Below are positions 25,633-40,204 of a stretch of 64,000 nt of DNA, piece after piece; position 1 is the first letter of the stretch, and each line of letters opens with the position of its first letter. The DNA is taken from contig NC_043017.1 in NCBI RefSeq assembly GCF_006345805.1, positions 1,984,001 to 2,048,000 on the forward strand, read 5' to 3'. A program made the position numbers and the translations under genes. Below the pieces are notes generated by a model. It did no database searches and was not told the DNA's origin. It worked only from the letters and a program-made list of their open reading frames with translations. This DNA comes from Octopus sinensis. Taxonomy: Eukaryota.

Positions 25633-25697
25633 TATATACACAAAAATACACTACATAAATACATACATATATACAGACATAGGTATATACATAAAGC

Positions 25698-25730
<33 letters not shown>

Positions 25731-26294
25731 ATATTATATTATAATATATATATATATATATACATTTATAAATGTATATATGTATTCTTGTCTATTTTAC
25801 AAAAACGAATTGCCTAAACACTCCATCTCTTTGAATCGTCTTCTCACGCAAAAATATACGAAACATGAAGAAAATTCACAAATACAAACACAAGAAGACT
25901 CATACATACAAGAATAATTGTTTGTATTTTTTCTAAATACTTTCTATATCTCTTAAGAATAAGAAGGACAAAAAAAAATCACTGAAATTTTCATCTGACA
26001 TTTAGGAAGTATGTAGCGATATTTCTAGTCCAAAATATCTCAATAATAATTTGCAAATGTCAAATGCTTAGGCCTACTATGGCAGACTATGAAATCTACA
26101 TACAATCGTTTTTGGTTTATTGTGAAAGTTTAAGTTTTCTTAAGCATTCGTACACACACACAGAGGCACGCACACACACGCACGTACACAGATATATACA
26201 TATATAAATAAATATATATATGTTATTATATATTTATATGCACAGATATAAGTAAACGTGTATTTTAAAGGATATAAAATATATACTTGCATAC

Positions 26295-26338
<44 letters not shown>

Positions 26339-26470
26339 TCACACATATTTATACATATATATATATATACTTACATACATTCATACCTATATGCATATAT
26401 ATATATACATGTTTGTATGTAAATATTTAAATACATATGTATGTATATGTTTATATATATATATATATAT

Positions 26471-26521
<51 letters not shown>

Positions 26522-26544
26522 TAAACTTATATACATTCATGCAG

Positions 26545-26580
<36 letters not shown>

Positions 26581-26866
26581 CTGTGTGTGTGTATACCGAT
26601 AGAGAGATAGATAGGAAGATATACACTTATACACATTTATGCATATATCGATATATATATATATATATCAATGTGTTCGTGCATATTCAGTATTCCATAT
26701 ACACACACGCATAATACATATATTATGTTCACACGACATACGTAAGAATATTCAGATTATATAGATAGATATATTACGTATTTTTCGATGGCTATGAAGA
26801 CGAAATTGAGGGAGAGAGGCAGGTAAAGACGTGCAGAGGAGAAAGCAGTGAATTATCATAAGTGTC

Positions 26867-26945
<79 letters not shown>

Positions 26946-27769
26946 ATATATGATTCCCGAACTATTCCTAAATTTAAACATCATTTCCTTCTAAATAGCA
27001 ACTTTGAGCAGCAGTAAACCGGTCCAGTATTACTGTTACTTTTGAAATACGACCTGGGATTGTGTATGTATATATATATATATATATTATAATATATATA
27101 TATATATATATCCATCTCTGAATACTCATCTATATGAGTGTGTGTATGTGTATACATACCCACGAATACATAAATCCTTATAATCTGTTGCATTGATAAC
27201 CTAAACTATGTCAACAGTATTAGAGGATGACACGGAGCAGAACGCATGACAATAACACCTTCAATATAAACAATAACCAGATTAAAGAACAAAAACGACA
27301 CCCACATACACATACACCCACACACACACACACATATTTATATATATATACATATATATTATGCATGTTTATATATATATATAGAACCACACGTAACAAA
27401 CAAATGATCTTGCATCATTATCTCCGCAGAAATGAGGTGTAGCGTGAAAATCTATATCATCAACAGTATTCTCCCCACCATTAATTGTAATCAATGACCC
27501 GTGACAGCATCTTGTTGCATATTACCATTAAAATATCCGCCATTCACATCTCTATAAGTTAAAGCAATTATAAAAACATGTCGTTGCTTGCCTTCGGTCT
27601 GTGTGACAGCTGCCATCATCAAAATGGATGTTGGCTTGTTTGTTTTTTTTTAAGTGTGTAATGTCTGTTCTTTGGATGCTTATATAATGATGTCGTCTGA
27701 TTCGTTAGTGGATTGCGACCAGTGTTTATATTGTTGTTGGCGTTTTTTTTTAATACTAGATCAATCTGT

Positions 27770-27990
27770 GTTTGGCTTAATGGTTAAGGTATTTGGCTCA
27801 CGATCGTAAAAATCGTGAATTCAATTCCCGGCGACGCGTCCTGTCCTTCAGCAAGATACCTTGTTTCACGTCTCTGCTGTCCACTCAGCTGGCAAGAATG
27901 AATTGTGTCAGTATTTCAAAGAGCCAACCTTTGTCACATTGTATTTCAATCTGTATTTAAGTCTGCAGAAACCTTGCAGGGTCCAGGATT
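27770..27990 (+). mobile_element. SINE body type 3 plus partial tail X
   Basis: ggcttaatggttaaggtatttggctcacgatcg...gtccactcagctggcaag...tatttcaaagagcc. Confidence 0.7.
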
Positions 27991-28137
27991 CAGGTAAAAG
28001 TTTTTTTTTATTTTTCAATAACTTTCGGAATTACAACAATTAGTGGCTTGGAGTTTAACTGCTCTTTCTAGTGAGTCAGATATCCTATTATTTGGGTATC
28101 TCTTTTGTGTTTGAATGTACACTGTATTTTCTCTCTT

Positions 28138-28172
<35 letters not shown>

Positions 28173-28215
28173 GTATATATATATATATCTATATATATAT
28201 ATACATATATATAAC

Positions 28216-28273
28216 GGGAAGCTTTATGAAAATAGACAAAAGACGAAGGCAGGTGGAAAACAAACAAACAATT
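28216..28273 (-). mobile_element. 3' fragment of the hammerhead cassette (no ribozyme part)
   Basis: gggaagctttatgaaaatagacaaaagacgaaggcaggtggaaaacaaacaaacaatt matches 16283-16342. Confidence 0.6.
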
Positions 28274-29690
28274 ATGCTCTAGCTAAGTGCTATAGTATGT
28301 GCGTACACGTTTTCATACACAGACACAAACGTATGCACAAGCATATACATAATATTTAAGTTGCATATCACATTTTATTTTATTTTATCTAGTTTCAGCT
28401 CACGAGCTGTGGCTATGCTGGGGCACCGCCATTATTATATTATTAATAAAGAAGCAATGTTATATTGCGGATAATGTTAATTATTGTACAGTTTCGTTCG
28501 ACCTCCTAAAATCCCAGCCAACTGACCCTCAGGGCACGACCTTCGAAAAGGAAGAAATACCCATTGTTTAATATGATCTAAGAACCACGTACATTGTCTG
28601 CAACGTCACTAATATTCAGCTTATAGTTCTCCTCCTTTGAGCTTCACAACAATACCCACTGCGCATGTGTCACATCACTAAGCAGAGAAACTAAGGAAAT
28701 GAAAACAAAATATATCGCATGCATGTTTTGTAATTTTTTTTCTCTTTTCACTTCTCTTCTGATGCCACCAGCAGATAAAAATAAAGATGTATAGCTGATC
28801 ATTATTATATAATCCTGGGAATTTATACAAGAAAAGTCGAGAGATTATAAAGGAAAAAATTGTATTCAATAGCTGCAATTTGGCTTTCACCTCAAAGATT
28901 ATTAATAGAATCTCGTTAGTGAACATACAGTGTAATTGTTTCTTATTAACTTTGTATTCACAGTGAATTCCAAAACTGTCGAGGAGACCAACTCATAGAC
29001 ATATTTCAGAACGACTGGAGAAAAATACCAGGAGACGCCTGCTGCATAGAAAACATGTAGTAATGCTAAAGTATACATATTAAATGTAGAAAGTGATTTT
29101 TGTTTAATTAAAATTTCATACAGTAGTGATGAGAAAAATTTGTTTTACGAAACGAATAATTAATCTTCGACAGGAGAAAGCAGATCGCAATGTAATTTAA
29201 ATTAAAATTGATTTAAAAAGTGGAATACACTGAGAAAGAAATGCTCGTAATAATGTCACAATTCTAAACATGTTCGACCTTATTATTTCTCATTGGCATG
29301 AATTAATACTCAATCTATTAATAGCAAATTTTAACTTGACTAGACGTGGTACAGTGGTTCCCTGAATAAGCATGGGATAATATAACTTAAATGAACGTCT
29401 GAAAATTTACAGAGAGAGAGAGACAGACAGACAGACATAGAGAGGCAGAGAGAGAGGGAGAGAGAGAAAGAGTAATGCGTAAAAAGCATCATAAGTGTTG
29501 GACAATAGCCACATATAAGGAATTCGTTTACTGATGGCCAAGGATGCAAAACCATGGAAATTAAACAGGATGAAAGGAACAGAGAAATAGTGAAATGTTT
29601 CTCTGTTTAAAACAATTTCTCTCTTTATCAACGGGAGGACATGACTGCATATTTCAAGAAATGCTCACTGCTACAATAATATGAATGAAA

Positions 29691-30352
29691 TATTGGGTTG
29701 TCCGGAAAGTTCGTGCCGATTTATAGTAGCTTACCTTTCGACTTATTTTAGAACATGGCTGAGTCCATAACATACATAACATAGGATTCGATTACACCTC
29801 CATTTAGAATAGAGTTTAAGCCATCTTTTCGTGGAAGATGATTTATGTTCCTATAAACTGTGTTGATTCTGTAACCTTTTAAAATGGAAGATAAGAAAGT
29901 TCATTTTCGGCACTTGATACTTTGAGAACCAGACAAAAATTGCTGCAGCTCGGCTGGGGTGTGTTACCCCACCCTCCATATTCACCAGGTATTGCTCCTA
30001 TTATTCCATGCTTATTCAGGGAACCTCTGTACCACGTCTAGTCATATTAAATTTTGCTATTAATAGAATGAGTATTAAGTCATGCCTTCGGATTTCCGCT
30101 TATTCAAGTCTTTGCAGAATAGTCTTAATGGTAAAAATTTCAACTTGGATGACGTAAAAAGATACCCTGATGAATTCTTTGCTATGAGACCACCTCAATT
30201 CTGGGGAGAGGGTATTTCAAGTTAAAGGGAAGATGAAGATGCATTGGGCAACAAAATGTTTCATATTTGGTTTATTAAAAATGTAATGGCAAGTATTTAT
30301 TGACCTTTGTCTTTCCTTAAAATCCGGCACGAACTTTCCGGACAACCCAACA
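29691..30352 (+). mobile_element. Internally deleted mariner (Tc1/mariner) DNA transposon
   Basis: TIRs tattgggttgtccggaaagttcgtgccgattt and aaatccggcacgaactttccggacaacccaaca. Transposase remnants MEDKKVHFRHLIL, RQKLLQLGWGVLPHPPYSPGIAP and PSDFRLFKSLQNSLNGKNF (YSPDLAPSD-type motif). Confidence 0.9.
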
Positions 30353-30489
30353 GAAAATGACAAACAAGCGGTGTATTGGCATGTTTTACTAAGGAAATTT
30401 TTTAATATTCTGAAGCATGAAATCACAACAAATTACGTGATGCTCGAAAGGCATGTAGGGGCAGATAAAACAGATAGGTATGATACACA

Positions 30490-30960
30490 TGTAAACCCAA
30501 AGGAATTAATATCGAATGGCGGGGCTAACACTTAAGTAAGACCTCTATCTAAAAGATATGACGTATATACGTTCTGGGTTTGAGTTCTGCTGAAGTTGAC
30601 TTTGCGTTTCAATGCTTCGGGGTCGATAAGTTCAGTAGCAGTGAAACACTGGGGACTATGTAATCGACCGTCCCTTCCCACAAATTTTCAAAAATATAGC
30701 AGGAAGGATTATCATTAATGGCACCGAGCTGGCAGAATCGTTAGAACGCCGGGCACAATGAGTGACGCCATTTAGTCCACAGTTGCGTTCTGAGATCAAA
30801 TTTTGCCAACGTCGACGTCACCTTTCATCATTTCGAGGTCGATAAATAAATTACTAGGTAAGTACTGGGGTCGTGGCCTTGTGCCTCGCTATTTGGGGAT
30901 GGCGAGCTGGGAGAATGTTAAGCAAGCCGGTCCAAATCCTTAGCGTCATTTCGTCCGACT
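30490..30960 (+). mobile_element. Three tandem, partial SINE family 4 copies
   Basis: Repeated gagctggcagaatcgttag and gtcgactttgc/ggggtcgataa blocks. Confidence 0.65.
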
Positions 30961-32450
30961 TTATATTATATTCTAAGTTGAAACTCCACTGGTTCGTGGT
31001 TTCGACTCCATCTACTTCTCTTTCGAGCACGATAATATACAGTGCCGGTCAAAGACGGAGACAATCGAACCACAGTGTAGCGATTCACAAGAAATCTGCA
31101 GCTGTCTCGCTTTCTTCGGATATAAATCTTACTTTTCTGCTCTAGTCATTCGAACACTGCACTTCTCCAACACCATAGAATTACCAATAATGCAAATAAT
31201 GATGCATAGTAAGTTTATAACATTTATTCTGCCGGAGGGAAGATTGAAATCTTATAGTTCCTGCCAGTTTACTAATGACAGTAATGTTGGTTGTGGGAAG
31301 TAAGGGGCGGATAACTCGAGTTCTGTTTCCACACTGTCACCTTTCGTTCCGTCTCATCTATCTGCATGCTTTGCTTTCTCTATGACACATGATCCGTACT
31401 TTTCAGGCTGATTGTTTTGTTTTTTTTTTGTGTGTTTTTGGTAATAGTCTTGTTGTTTGTATAAGTACTGACGATATCTGATAGAATGGCTGAAGGGCTA
31501 AAGAAGGACTTACGTATATAAAGCATTAAGATATGGTAAAAAAAAAAAGGAGATACGTTAGTTATACATCGATCTCAATGTTTAGTTTGCAGATATATTT
31601 ACATCATATTACATATATCCGGCTAAGTCTACTAGTCTCTTTCTTACCGGATCAATTTGTCTTACATACGATACTGTAAACGGGTGACACAGACGCACAA
31701 ACACACACACATACACTTGCACGTACACAGCACACACCCAAGCATGCACATACACAAACACATACACATAGATGCAATGACACATTTCAACGTACATGCG
31801 CGCACGCGTGCTGACACACCGGTGCACGTGTGTCTACGTGTATATTCGTGTGTGTAGAGAGAGAAAGAGAAAGGGAGAGGAAGAGAATAATAAATATATA
31901 CATTTTAATAAATACATACACAGACTCACTCAAACGTACACACACACACACACTCATATATATATATATACATACCTACATACATACATACATGCATGCA
32001 TGCATACATATATATATATATCTATATATATATATATATATTATATATATATATATATATTTCTATATATAGGTATACGCACGCAAACATATATATGTGC
32101 ATATATACGTATAGTGGGAGAGATTTGTATACATACACTTACATACATTTACACACACCCGTACGCACGCACGCACATATGCTTATAAAGAGATTTTACA
32201 GATATTAAGATCTAAAGTGCTGTATACGAGACATTTGACGGCAAGAGATTATGAGAAAAAACTGACAACTTTTGGAGAGAATGTATTTAATCATTCGTAC
32301 GTACGTGCATACATACAGATAAACAGAGAGGCAGATATGCAGGCATATATACACACATGCATCTATACGCGGACATACAGTCACACAGAATTACCTATAC
32401 ATATACATACAACTTTGAGAACAAGCCTCACTTATCGTATATAAATACAC

Positions 32451-32880
32451 ATGAAGGACGTCCACTCGTGTCCGAGGAAGACCATTGCTGACCATCAGGA
32501 ACATTGTACGTTCTAGGACTAAATTATATTTTGCATTTGAGGCTCCGTTGGTGGCTAATGAGTCCTGCCCTGAACAAGCAAACAGGACTGTAAATATTGC
32601 AGACCCAGCTTTCCCCATTCACTACACTAGCAGTGCGTTTTCGTGCAGCACGTTTAAGTTCTCCATGCTCTCAAAAGTGTCGAGCCCCTCCTTAACCTGC
32701 TTTCTCCATCTGAGGCGATGACAGGCATTGTACTCCCAGTCAGTCTCCTGTATATCACAGTCCTTTAATGAGGACTTGACACAGTTCTTCAATCGCAGCT
32801 TTGGTTTCTGCCGGGGTCTCTTTCTCTGCACAAGTTCTCCACATAGCATCTGCTTAGGGATCCCGCTATCTTTCATGCTA
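32451..32880 (-). mobile_element. RTE-clade LINE 3' fragment (decayed)
   Basis: MKDSGIPKQMLCGELVQRKRPRQKPKLRLKNCVKSSLK...RLRWRKQVKEG resembles the RTE C-terminal PKxLLYGELxxGKRxxGRPxxRW region. A shifted frame gives PVCLFRAGLISHQRS (terminal zinc-finger-like motif), followed by a short 3'UTR. Confidence 0.75.
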
Positions 32881-32893
32881 ATACATACATACA

Positions 32894-32924
<31 letters not shown>

Positions 32925-33134
32925 TTATAGCCGTGCGAACGGAAGACACCACTCGAAAGACCTCCAGTTAGGTGGGGATTTAACTTAAGAAAGATGTTTG
33001 AAACAACATGGAGGGGAATGGTGACAGCGGGAGGAGAGTGGAGAAAATGTTCTGGCCAGCAGAGCTGACTCGGCACAGGGCAACCTCGCCGATCAGTTCA
33101 TATATGTATATATAAGTACATAGATACGCACACA

Positions 33135-33184
<50 letters not shown>

Positions 33185-33707
33185 CATGCACACACATAAG
33201 CATAACTGTAAATATATTCATGCATTTATGCATGTATGCTTATATGCATGTATAGGTATGTGTGTATGTATGTACGTATGTATGTACGTATGTGCATATG
33301 CATATACGCTTGTATGTGTATATTGTGTTTGCATGTAGTTGAAAATATCTTTAGTAAGAAATAATGATAATTTCAATTACAGTCGCTCAAAACTTCAGAA
33401 ATCGCAGCTCTACTATCAATTTGAAAAACGATTAATTTTATTAAATATTCATTATACTCTCTAACCGAACTGACCCAATGTAGTAGCATGACCATTCCAC
33501 TGGATGAGAAATATATTTCAGCTTTGCATTTCTGTACAGCTACAGTAAATATCTATAGAATGACGCAAGCAGGGTTGTGTTTTCAAATAGTTCCACAATG
33601 AAATATATATGTATATATTAGGTATATATACACGTATATACATCTGTGTGTATGTGTATGAATGTTGTATATGTGTGTGAGTGTATTTATAAATATATAT
33701 ATATATA

Positions 33708-33777
<70 letters not shown>

Positions 33778-34329
33778 ATACATGAGTATGTGCGTTTCAA
33801 TACACATGCACGGAAGCACATCTCTCGTGATATACCTTGGCAAGCATTGGTACCACCTTGTCCCTCTCGTTTTGCTGTGATTCAGTGATTGCTTCTTGAA
33901 ATTGAATTAAAGAATACTATTTCCAACAAATACGAAATAGACAGAAAAGATTATTAACAAATGAGTAAATGACTATGGAAAGAACAATACGATATTAAGC
34001 AAGTTTAAATCAGACATCGCATGATTTTTCGACACTTACAATTCTTTGTTCGAGCTAGTCTAATATATATCGCATTTCCTTTTGAAGACAGAATTTTAAG
34101 GTTAATGTCTCTTGGAACATAAAAATATTAAACTGAACTAAAACATAACCCTAACAAGAATAAAAGAATTACGTAAAACTGAGAAATTTTGATGTCAATT
34201 TTATGCGTAACTAAGTTAAATGACCAAGAAACAAAGAATGGTTGAATGCGATAATCCCGAATAGATTTATATGGAGGCGAAATGATGGTGGTCGTTCATA
34301 CGAAGAAGGTGAAAAAAAGGGTGGGCGTT

Positions 34330-34610
34330 ATAGATATATTGGTCAATAAAACAACGAAGACAAATAATTTTGTATTCATAAAGAAATTTAATCCATGCAT
34401 TTGTAGAAGTTTTGTATTGTAAATAAAAATTTTGAACGAATTTGTCAGACGGTTTTGGAAGAGAAGTGACGCTAATGACGGATGACTTTTAGGTCTCGAA
34501 ATATTGTTTCTTTGTGATGCTTAATCAAAGAAGGAAGAAAAGCAAATTTGTGTGTACGAAGAAATGTAATCTCTGCATTGCCGAAAAGGTTTGTATTGTA
34601 AATACAAAAT
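34330..34610 (+). mobile_element. Possible decayed Penelope-like element GIY-YIG endonuclease end
   Basis: KKCNLCIAEKVCIV resembles the PLE C-terminal CxLCxxEK motif; an out-of-frame YIGQ* lies ~70 codons upstream. Confidence 0.35.
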
Positions 34611-34732
34611 TCATACAAATTCATCATATGGTGCTGTATGAACATTTAGTGTGGTATCAGAGTAAAGTTTTCGCTACTATTTCCAGCGTTGTGGTATCTC
34701 TTAGGTACCCTAAATTATATTTTAATATATAA

Positions 34733-34813
<81 letters not shown>

Positions 34814-36088
34814 GTATATATATGTATATATATATGTTGTATATATATATTTACATATATGCGCATGCATATATTTATCAGTTGTTGTGTACATACATTT
34901 GCAGGCAAAATGCAATAACAAGTGATTCAACTATTTGTATTTTGTATATAGAATTCCGAATATAGCATCCTATCTGCACAATTACATTTCTTAGTCTTAT
35001 ATGCGTACGCAAACACACCCATACATTTATGAATTTATCTATGCACGAATGTGTGTAAGGGCATCTGTAATTTATTTTCGAATTCCTAGCCCCAGGCCCC
35101 AAAAATCTTACCGTTTTTGACCTATAATTTTTCTATCGTTTTAGATTCACAGAAGATAGTAAAATGCCATAGTCCTTAGGCTTTAGCTTTCAACTTGCGC
35201 AGAAGCTACGCTAAAAATGTTTACACATCTATCTGTCTGTCTAGCTCTCTATCTGTCTGTTTTTACATACGTGAGTGTGTGTTTGTGCATGCTCGTGAGT
35301 ATTTGTGTGTGTTCATGTATATATATGTGTGTGTATATATGTATGTGTATATGTGTGTTTACGTGTTCCTGTGTGTGTGTGTGTGTGCGTATGTGTGTGT
35401 GCTTGTGTATGTGAGCGTGTGTGTGTGTCTGTGTAAATTTGTAAAGAGTACGTATGACGTGTGTATGGATGTGTAAAATTGTTATTCTGAAAAGGACAGT
35501 TTATATTTCATTGAATAAAATAACAATAATAATTTTATTGTGCAACATTAGAATTATTTTTTTTATTTCATATCAATCAATTGTATTGGTTGGAGTAAAC
35601 GATGCCTAAATGGCTGCAGAGTATAACGTCTTTCTGTTTTATTATTTCATCACGTCGAAAATAGGTGTGAAAATAATTCCTTGACATTCTTGGAGATACC
35701 AGCTTTAATTTGATTTCAAAATCCGCATACATGTTTTTATATCTTTTATTATTTATTTTTTCTTTCTTACTTTCTGCTAACTTCCAGAACTTTGTCTCTT
35801 TAAGCCAACGCACGCACACAGATTCAAAGGCACAAACGTTCATACATGCGCACAGATGCAAAAATTTATGTGAATGCAGAATTATACACAGATACATACA
35901 CCTGCATTATACTGTATTATATTATATATATATATATATTATATATATAATTGCAATATATATATATGTATATAATATATAATATATATATCTAATTGCA
36001 ATATATTATATGTATATATATATATATATATATCTAATTGCACTATATATATATGTATATATATATAGATATATATATATATATATAT

Positions 36089-36165
<77 letters not shown>

Positions 36166-36493
36166 CACACTTCCAAAACTTCCATCTCTGACTGCAACCG
36201 TCAATGTTTGTATGTGTGCTTCCATAAGAGAATGGGTGTGTAGGTGTGTATATTCTCGTGTGTCCAATAACATTGGTGTATATGTGTGTGGATACATAAT
36301 ATGCGAATATACACGCGCGTCTGTATAAGTCGAAGACAGTCTGTGCATTCGAGTGGACATAATTAGAACTTCTACATATACACATTCGCATGTGTGTGTG
36401 TTTATGTGTGTCGTGTATGTGTTTATGTGTGTGTATGTATGCTAGTACATATCCCTCTCTCTCTCTATATATATATATATATGTATATACATA

Positions 36494-36536
<43 letters not shown>

Positions 36537-36636
36537 CATATATATATATATGTATAATATATATATATTATATATATTATATATATATATATATATACAT
36601 ACATATATACAATATAGATAGATAGAGATGATAGAT

Positions 36637-36672
<36 letters not shown>

Positions 36673-37441
36673 TATGCACTAGTATACACACACACTTACA
36701 CAACTATATATATTGTTTCGCCGCGATATCGTATATACCATAATGAATGATAAGTCAGGGCAGCTAACGTGAAGAATTCTCCTTTTAGAATCTCTGTGAC
36801 ATTTATCCTCAATCGTTTTCTCTTCTAGTGAAGAATTTTGCAAATTAGTGTTTTAATTTGATTTCCAATACTAAATTTCTGGCACAACTGCAAGCTGTTA
36901 TACAATATTAAGATAATTCAATTTATGATCAGAAGAAGAAATAAAACTTACACAAGATATCTAAATATATATGGAATAAAAAGCGTAAAAAGCTGACAAA
37001 TTATATAATAACAAAACTGAATAAAATGTAAAAAAGGAACCAGTGTTTATAAAATTTTGCTTACTTTGTTTTATATTGAGAAAGAATGTCATTTGAAATC
37101 GTTATTTAATGAAGCATAACGTGTAAAATATTTCATAATAATTGCATACCTATAATCTAAGAATAGGTATCTGTGTGTCTAATGCGTACATAATTATATA
37201 GAAGCAGACACGAACATACATTCAGAAACACACATGCATGGGTATATATGTACGTATTTATGTATGTATGTATGTATGTATGTGTGAATGTTTATGTATA
37301 CATATATATATATATTATATATATATATTATATATATATATTTAATCAATATAGGGTGGCAAAAAATTTTGTAGAATTTTTTTGCCACCAGCGGCCTAGT
37401 GGGAAAAAATTAAATAGTCATAGACCATTTATAAGTTCAAC

Positions 37442-37954
37442 ATCACAATCAAGGAACGGCCATAATAGGCCATTCACCCACTAGAAATAACAGCCAAAGC
37501 TTCAACCGCAAAATAACATTAATTCCGCAAACCAGGAGAAAATTAAAAAACATTTACCCTGTAATTTCTTATACGATGCACCGTTTCATCTACTGTTTAA
37601 TGGTAAACTAACCTGATAAATTAAATCAAGCCAATCTTCCATAGGCCCTTAGATTCGTCAGTAAGAAATAGCCAGATCGGAACAGATATTTTCACGAGGC
37701 ATTTCTGTCCCTGCCTCGGCAATATCTGACCTAAAATTTTCAAATCATCGCACTCGCGCCAAATTTATCGGCAGCAAATAAATATAAGCCGCCGATCCAT
37801 TACGGAATCAACAGAAATTCATAATTAATCAATATAGGGTGGCAAAAAATTTTGTAGAAGTTTTTTGCCACCAGCGGCCTAGTGGGAAAAAATTAAATAG
37901 TCATAGACCATTTTTAAATTCTTTGGCCTATTATGGCCGTTCCTTGATTGTGAT
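37442..37954. mobile_element. ~510-bp MITE-like element with perfect 31-bp TIRs
   Basis: atcacaatcaaggaacggccataataggcca (37442-37472) and its exact reverse complement at 37924-37954; no clean TSD seen. Confidence 0.6.
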
Positions 37955-38110
37955 ATATATATATATATATAGTATATACATACATACATATATTGTATAG
38001 ACAGATTGGCAGACAGCTTGCTAGCTAGATAGATAGATAGATAGATAGATAGATGGATGGAGGGATGGTTGGATAGATGGATAGATAAGTAGATAGATAT
38101 AATCATGCTA

Positions 38111-38159
<49 letters not shown>

Positions 38160-39261
38160 GTGTGTGTGTGTGTGTGTGTGTATGTGTGTTGTGTGTGTGT
38201 AGGCGTGTATAGCTTTCAAGTAGCAACAGCTGCGCCTCAGATACATTTCATTGCTCATGGCACCGCCTTATGTATTTACATATGTGTGTGCATGTTCATA
38301 TATATATATGCATGTGTATGTGTGCGCATGCGTTTTTGTTTAGTTTAATTCATATGTAGATTATAGATAAATTATTTATCTACTGTTTACATTTTTAGTT
38401 TCGAATCGGGCCTTTTACAGACAGAGTCGCTGGGACTACATTCTCATGTATGTTCTGTCTTTCAGTTGTGTAGGGGCCGCTTCTACGAAGACATTCGACA
38501 TCAGCTATGTCTAGCAGACTGAATGGCTAACTGCACAGAAGCCATTTCGCATCGGAATATAAAGCTATATACATATAAATATGTATATATATATATATTA
38601 TATAATATATATATTATATATATAATATATATTATATAATATAATATATATATATATATATATAACGTTCGTTCACTTCATTTTGCTATTTCTTTTTAAG
38701 TCTGTTATGCGATGATATTTGTGCCAGATAAATAAATAGATAAATGTGTGCGTGTGTGTGTTGGTGTGTTTTCCTTCGTATTCGACTAACTTCAGTGGCC
38801 GATATTATTCAATAACTCTCTCTGCGTTGTATGAGAAACGAAGTCAATGGCTATACAATAAGTGAACACACCATATAATTGTTGGCGCTAAGCACAGAAT
38901 TATTATTCAACCTCGAATTCGTAATTTCTTAAGCATTAATACCGGCTTCAAACCTATAATTGTATGACTCCTCTCTTACACTCTAACATTTCCATAATAT
39001 TTGGCTGATAATTATTATAATTAACTTACGATTGTACGAAATGTCAATTTTTCAGTGATATATGTCATTCATTTTAAACCACGGTTGAATTAAGATAAGG
39101 AATAATGATAACTTTTAAATATTCCTAAATATCTTCATGGTAACATACGCGAATATTCGATGTCTCGATTCACAGACGCTACTTCTACTGTAGGAATCAA
39201 TAGTACTTCAGTGCCCAGTGTTTCCCTGACCTGGAAGAGCATTCGTTCTAAAGGTAATATA

Positions 39262-39615
39262 TTCGTTTCAAATTTTGGCACAAGGACAGCGATGTCGAGG
39301 GAGGTGGTAAGGTGATTACATTGATCGCAGTTCTCAATTGGTACTTAATTCATCGACCCCGAAATGATTAAAAGTAAAGTCGACCTCGGCGGCATTTGAA
39401 CCCAGAACGTATAAATGGACGAAACGCCGCTAAGCAAGTTTCCCGGGCTGCGAACGACTCTGCCCGCTCGCTGCCTTATCAAAGAATTATATTGACTTCA
39501 AATTTCTGATAGAAGGCCAGCAATTTCAGAGGAGGGTTGAAATCGTTTACAACGACCCCCAGTGCTGAATTGGTACTTATTTTATCAACCCAGAAATGTT
39601 GAAAGACAAAGTCAA
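39262..39615 (-). mobile_element. Two SINE family 4 copies (one full, one 3' part)
   Basis: tggtacttaattcatcgaccccgaaa...gtcgacctcggcggcatttgaacccagaacgt. Confidence 0.7.
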
Positions 39616-40204
39616 GTTATTATACTGAGATCAGAACACCTGAATTTATAAAATTTTCTTTTATAATTCCATTATTTATTAAATTCAAGGGGCAATCCTG
39701 CATTTTTGTTTCTTTCTTGAGCAACCCTTTAAGCAACCCATTGAGGTGAATATGATGTATTTTGGGGTCAACTACTATACGTCTAGCCATACTATATGGA
39801 ATGCCCTGTTTGATGTGAAAAGATTGTTAAGAGCATAATTTCAAATATTGCGGTTGTGCCTGTTTTTGGTTTGTTATATATATCCGCTGTTGCTCTGTAG
39901 TCGCATATTTTTAGTCGAATATTTAAGATCGGTAAGTCATTCTGATTAGTCTCTGTCGTGAAATCATAGACACATGAAAGAAGTTCAGAATGTTATAGGA
40001 TATTTTCGAGATCGTCATCTCATTTCTCCCAAAACACAAAATACACATCGAGGAAGCATTTTCAATTTTCAATGAATTATTATTTGAAATTATAGGGAGA
40101 CATCTCGACATAATGTATGAAAAGTTCCGTTTCAAATGGGAAGAATGGCAATAAGCCCTCTCCCTGAATACAGCCAAGTTCTCTTTATGTGAGCTGTGGA
40201 TGGA

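Noticed and set aside
28950-29050. CR1/L2-like C-terminal remnant (KTVE..IDIF.NRLEK by frameshift)
   Set aside because: It needs several assumed indels; too weak to list.
38421-38447. Possible 27-nt microexon (ttttacag ... |gtatgt)
   Set aside because: Splice signals of this strength occur by chance in AT-rich DNA; it cannot be supported without RNA data.
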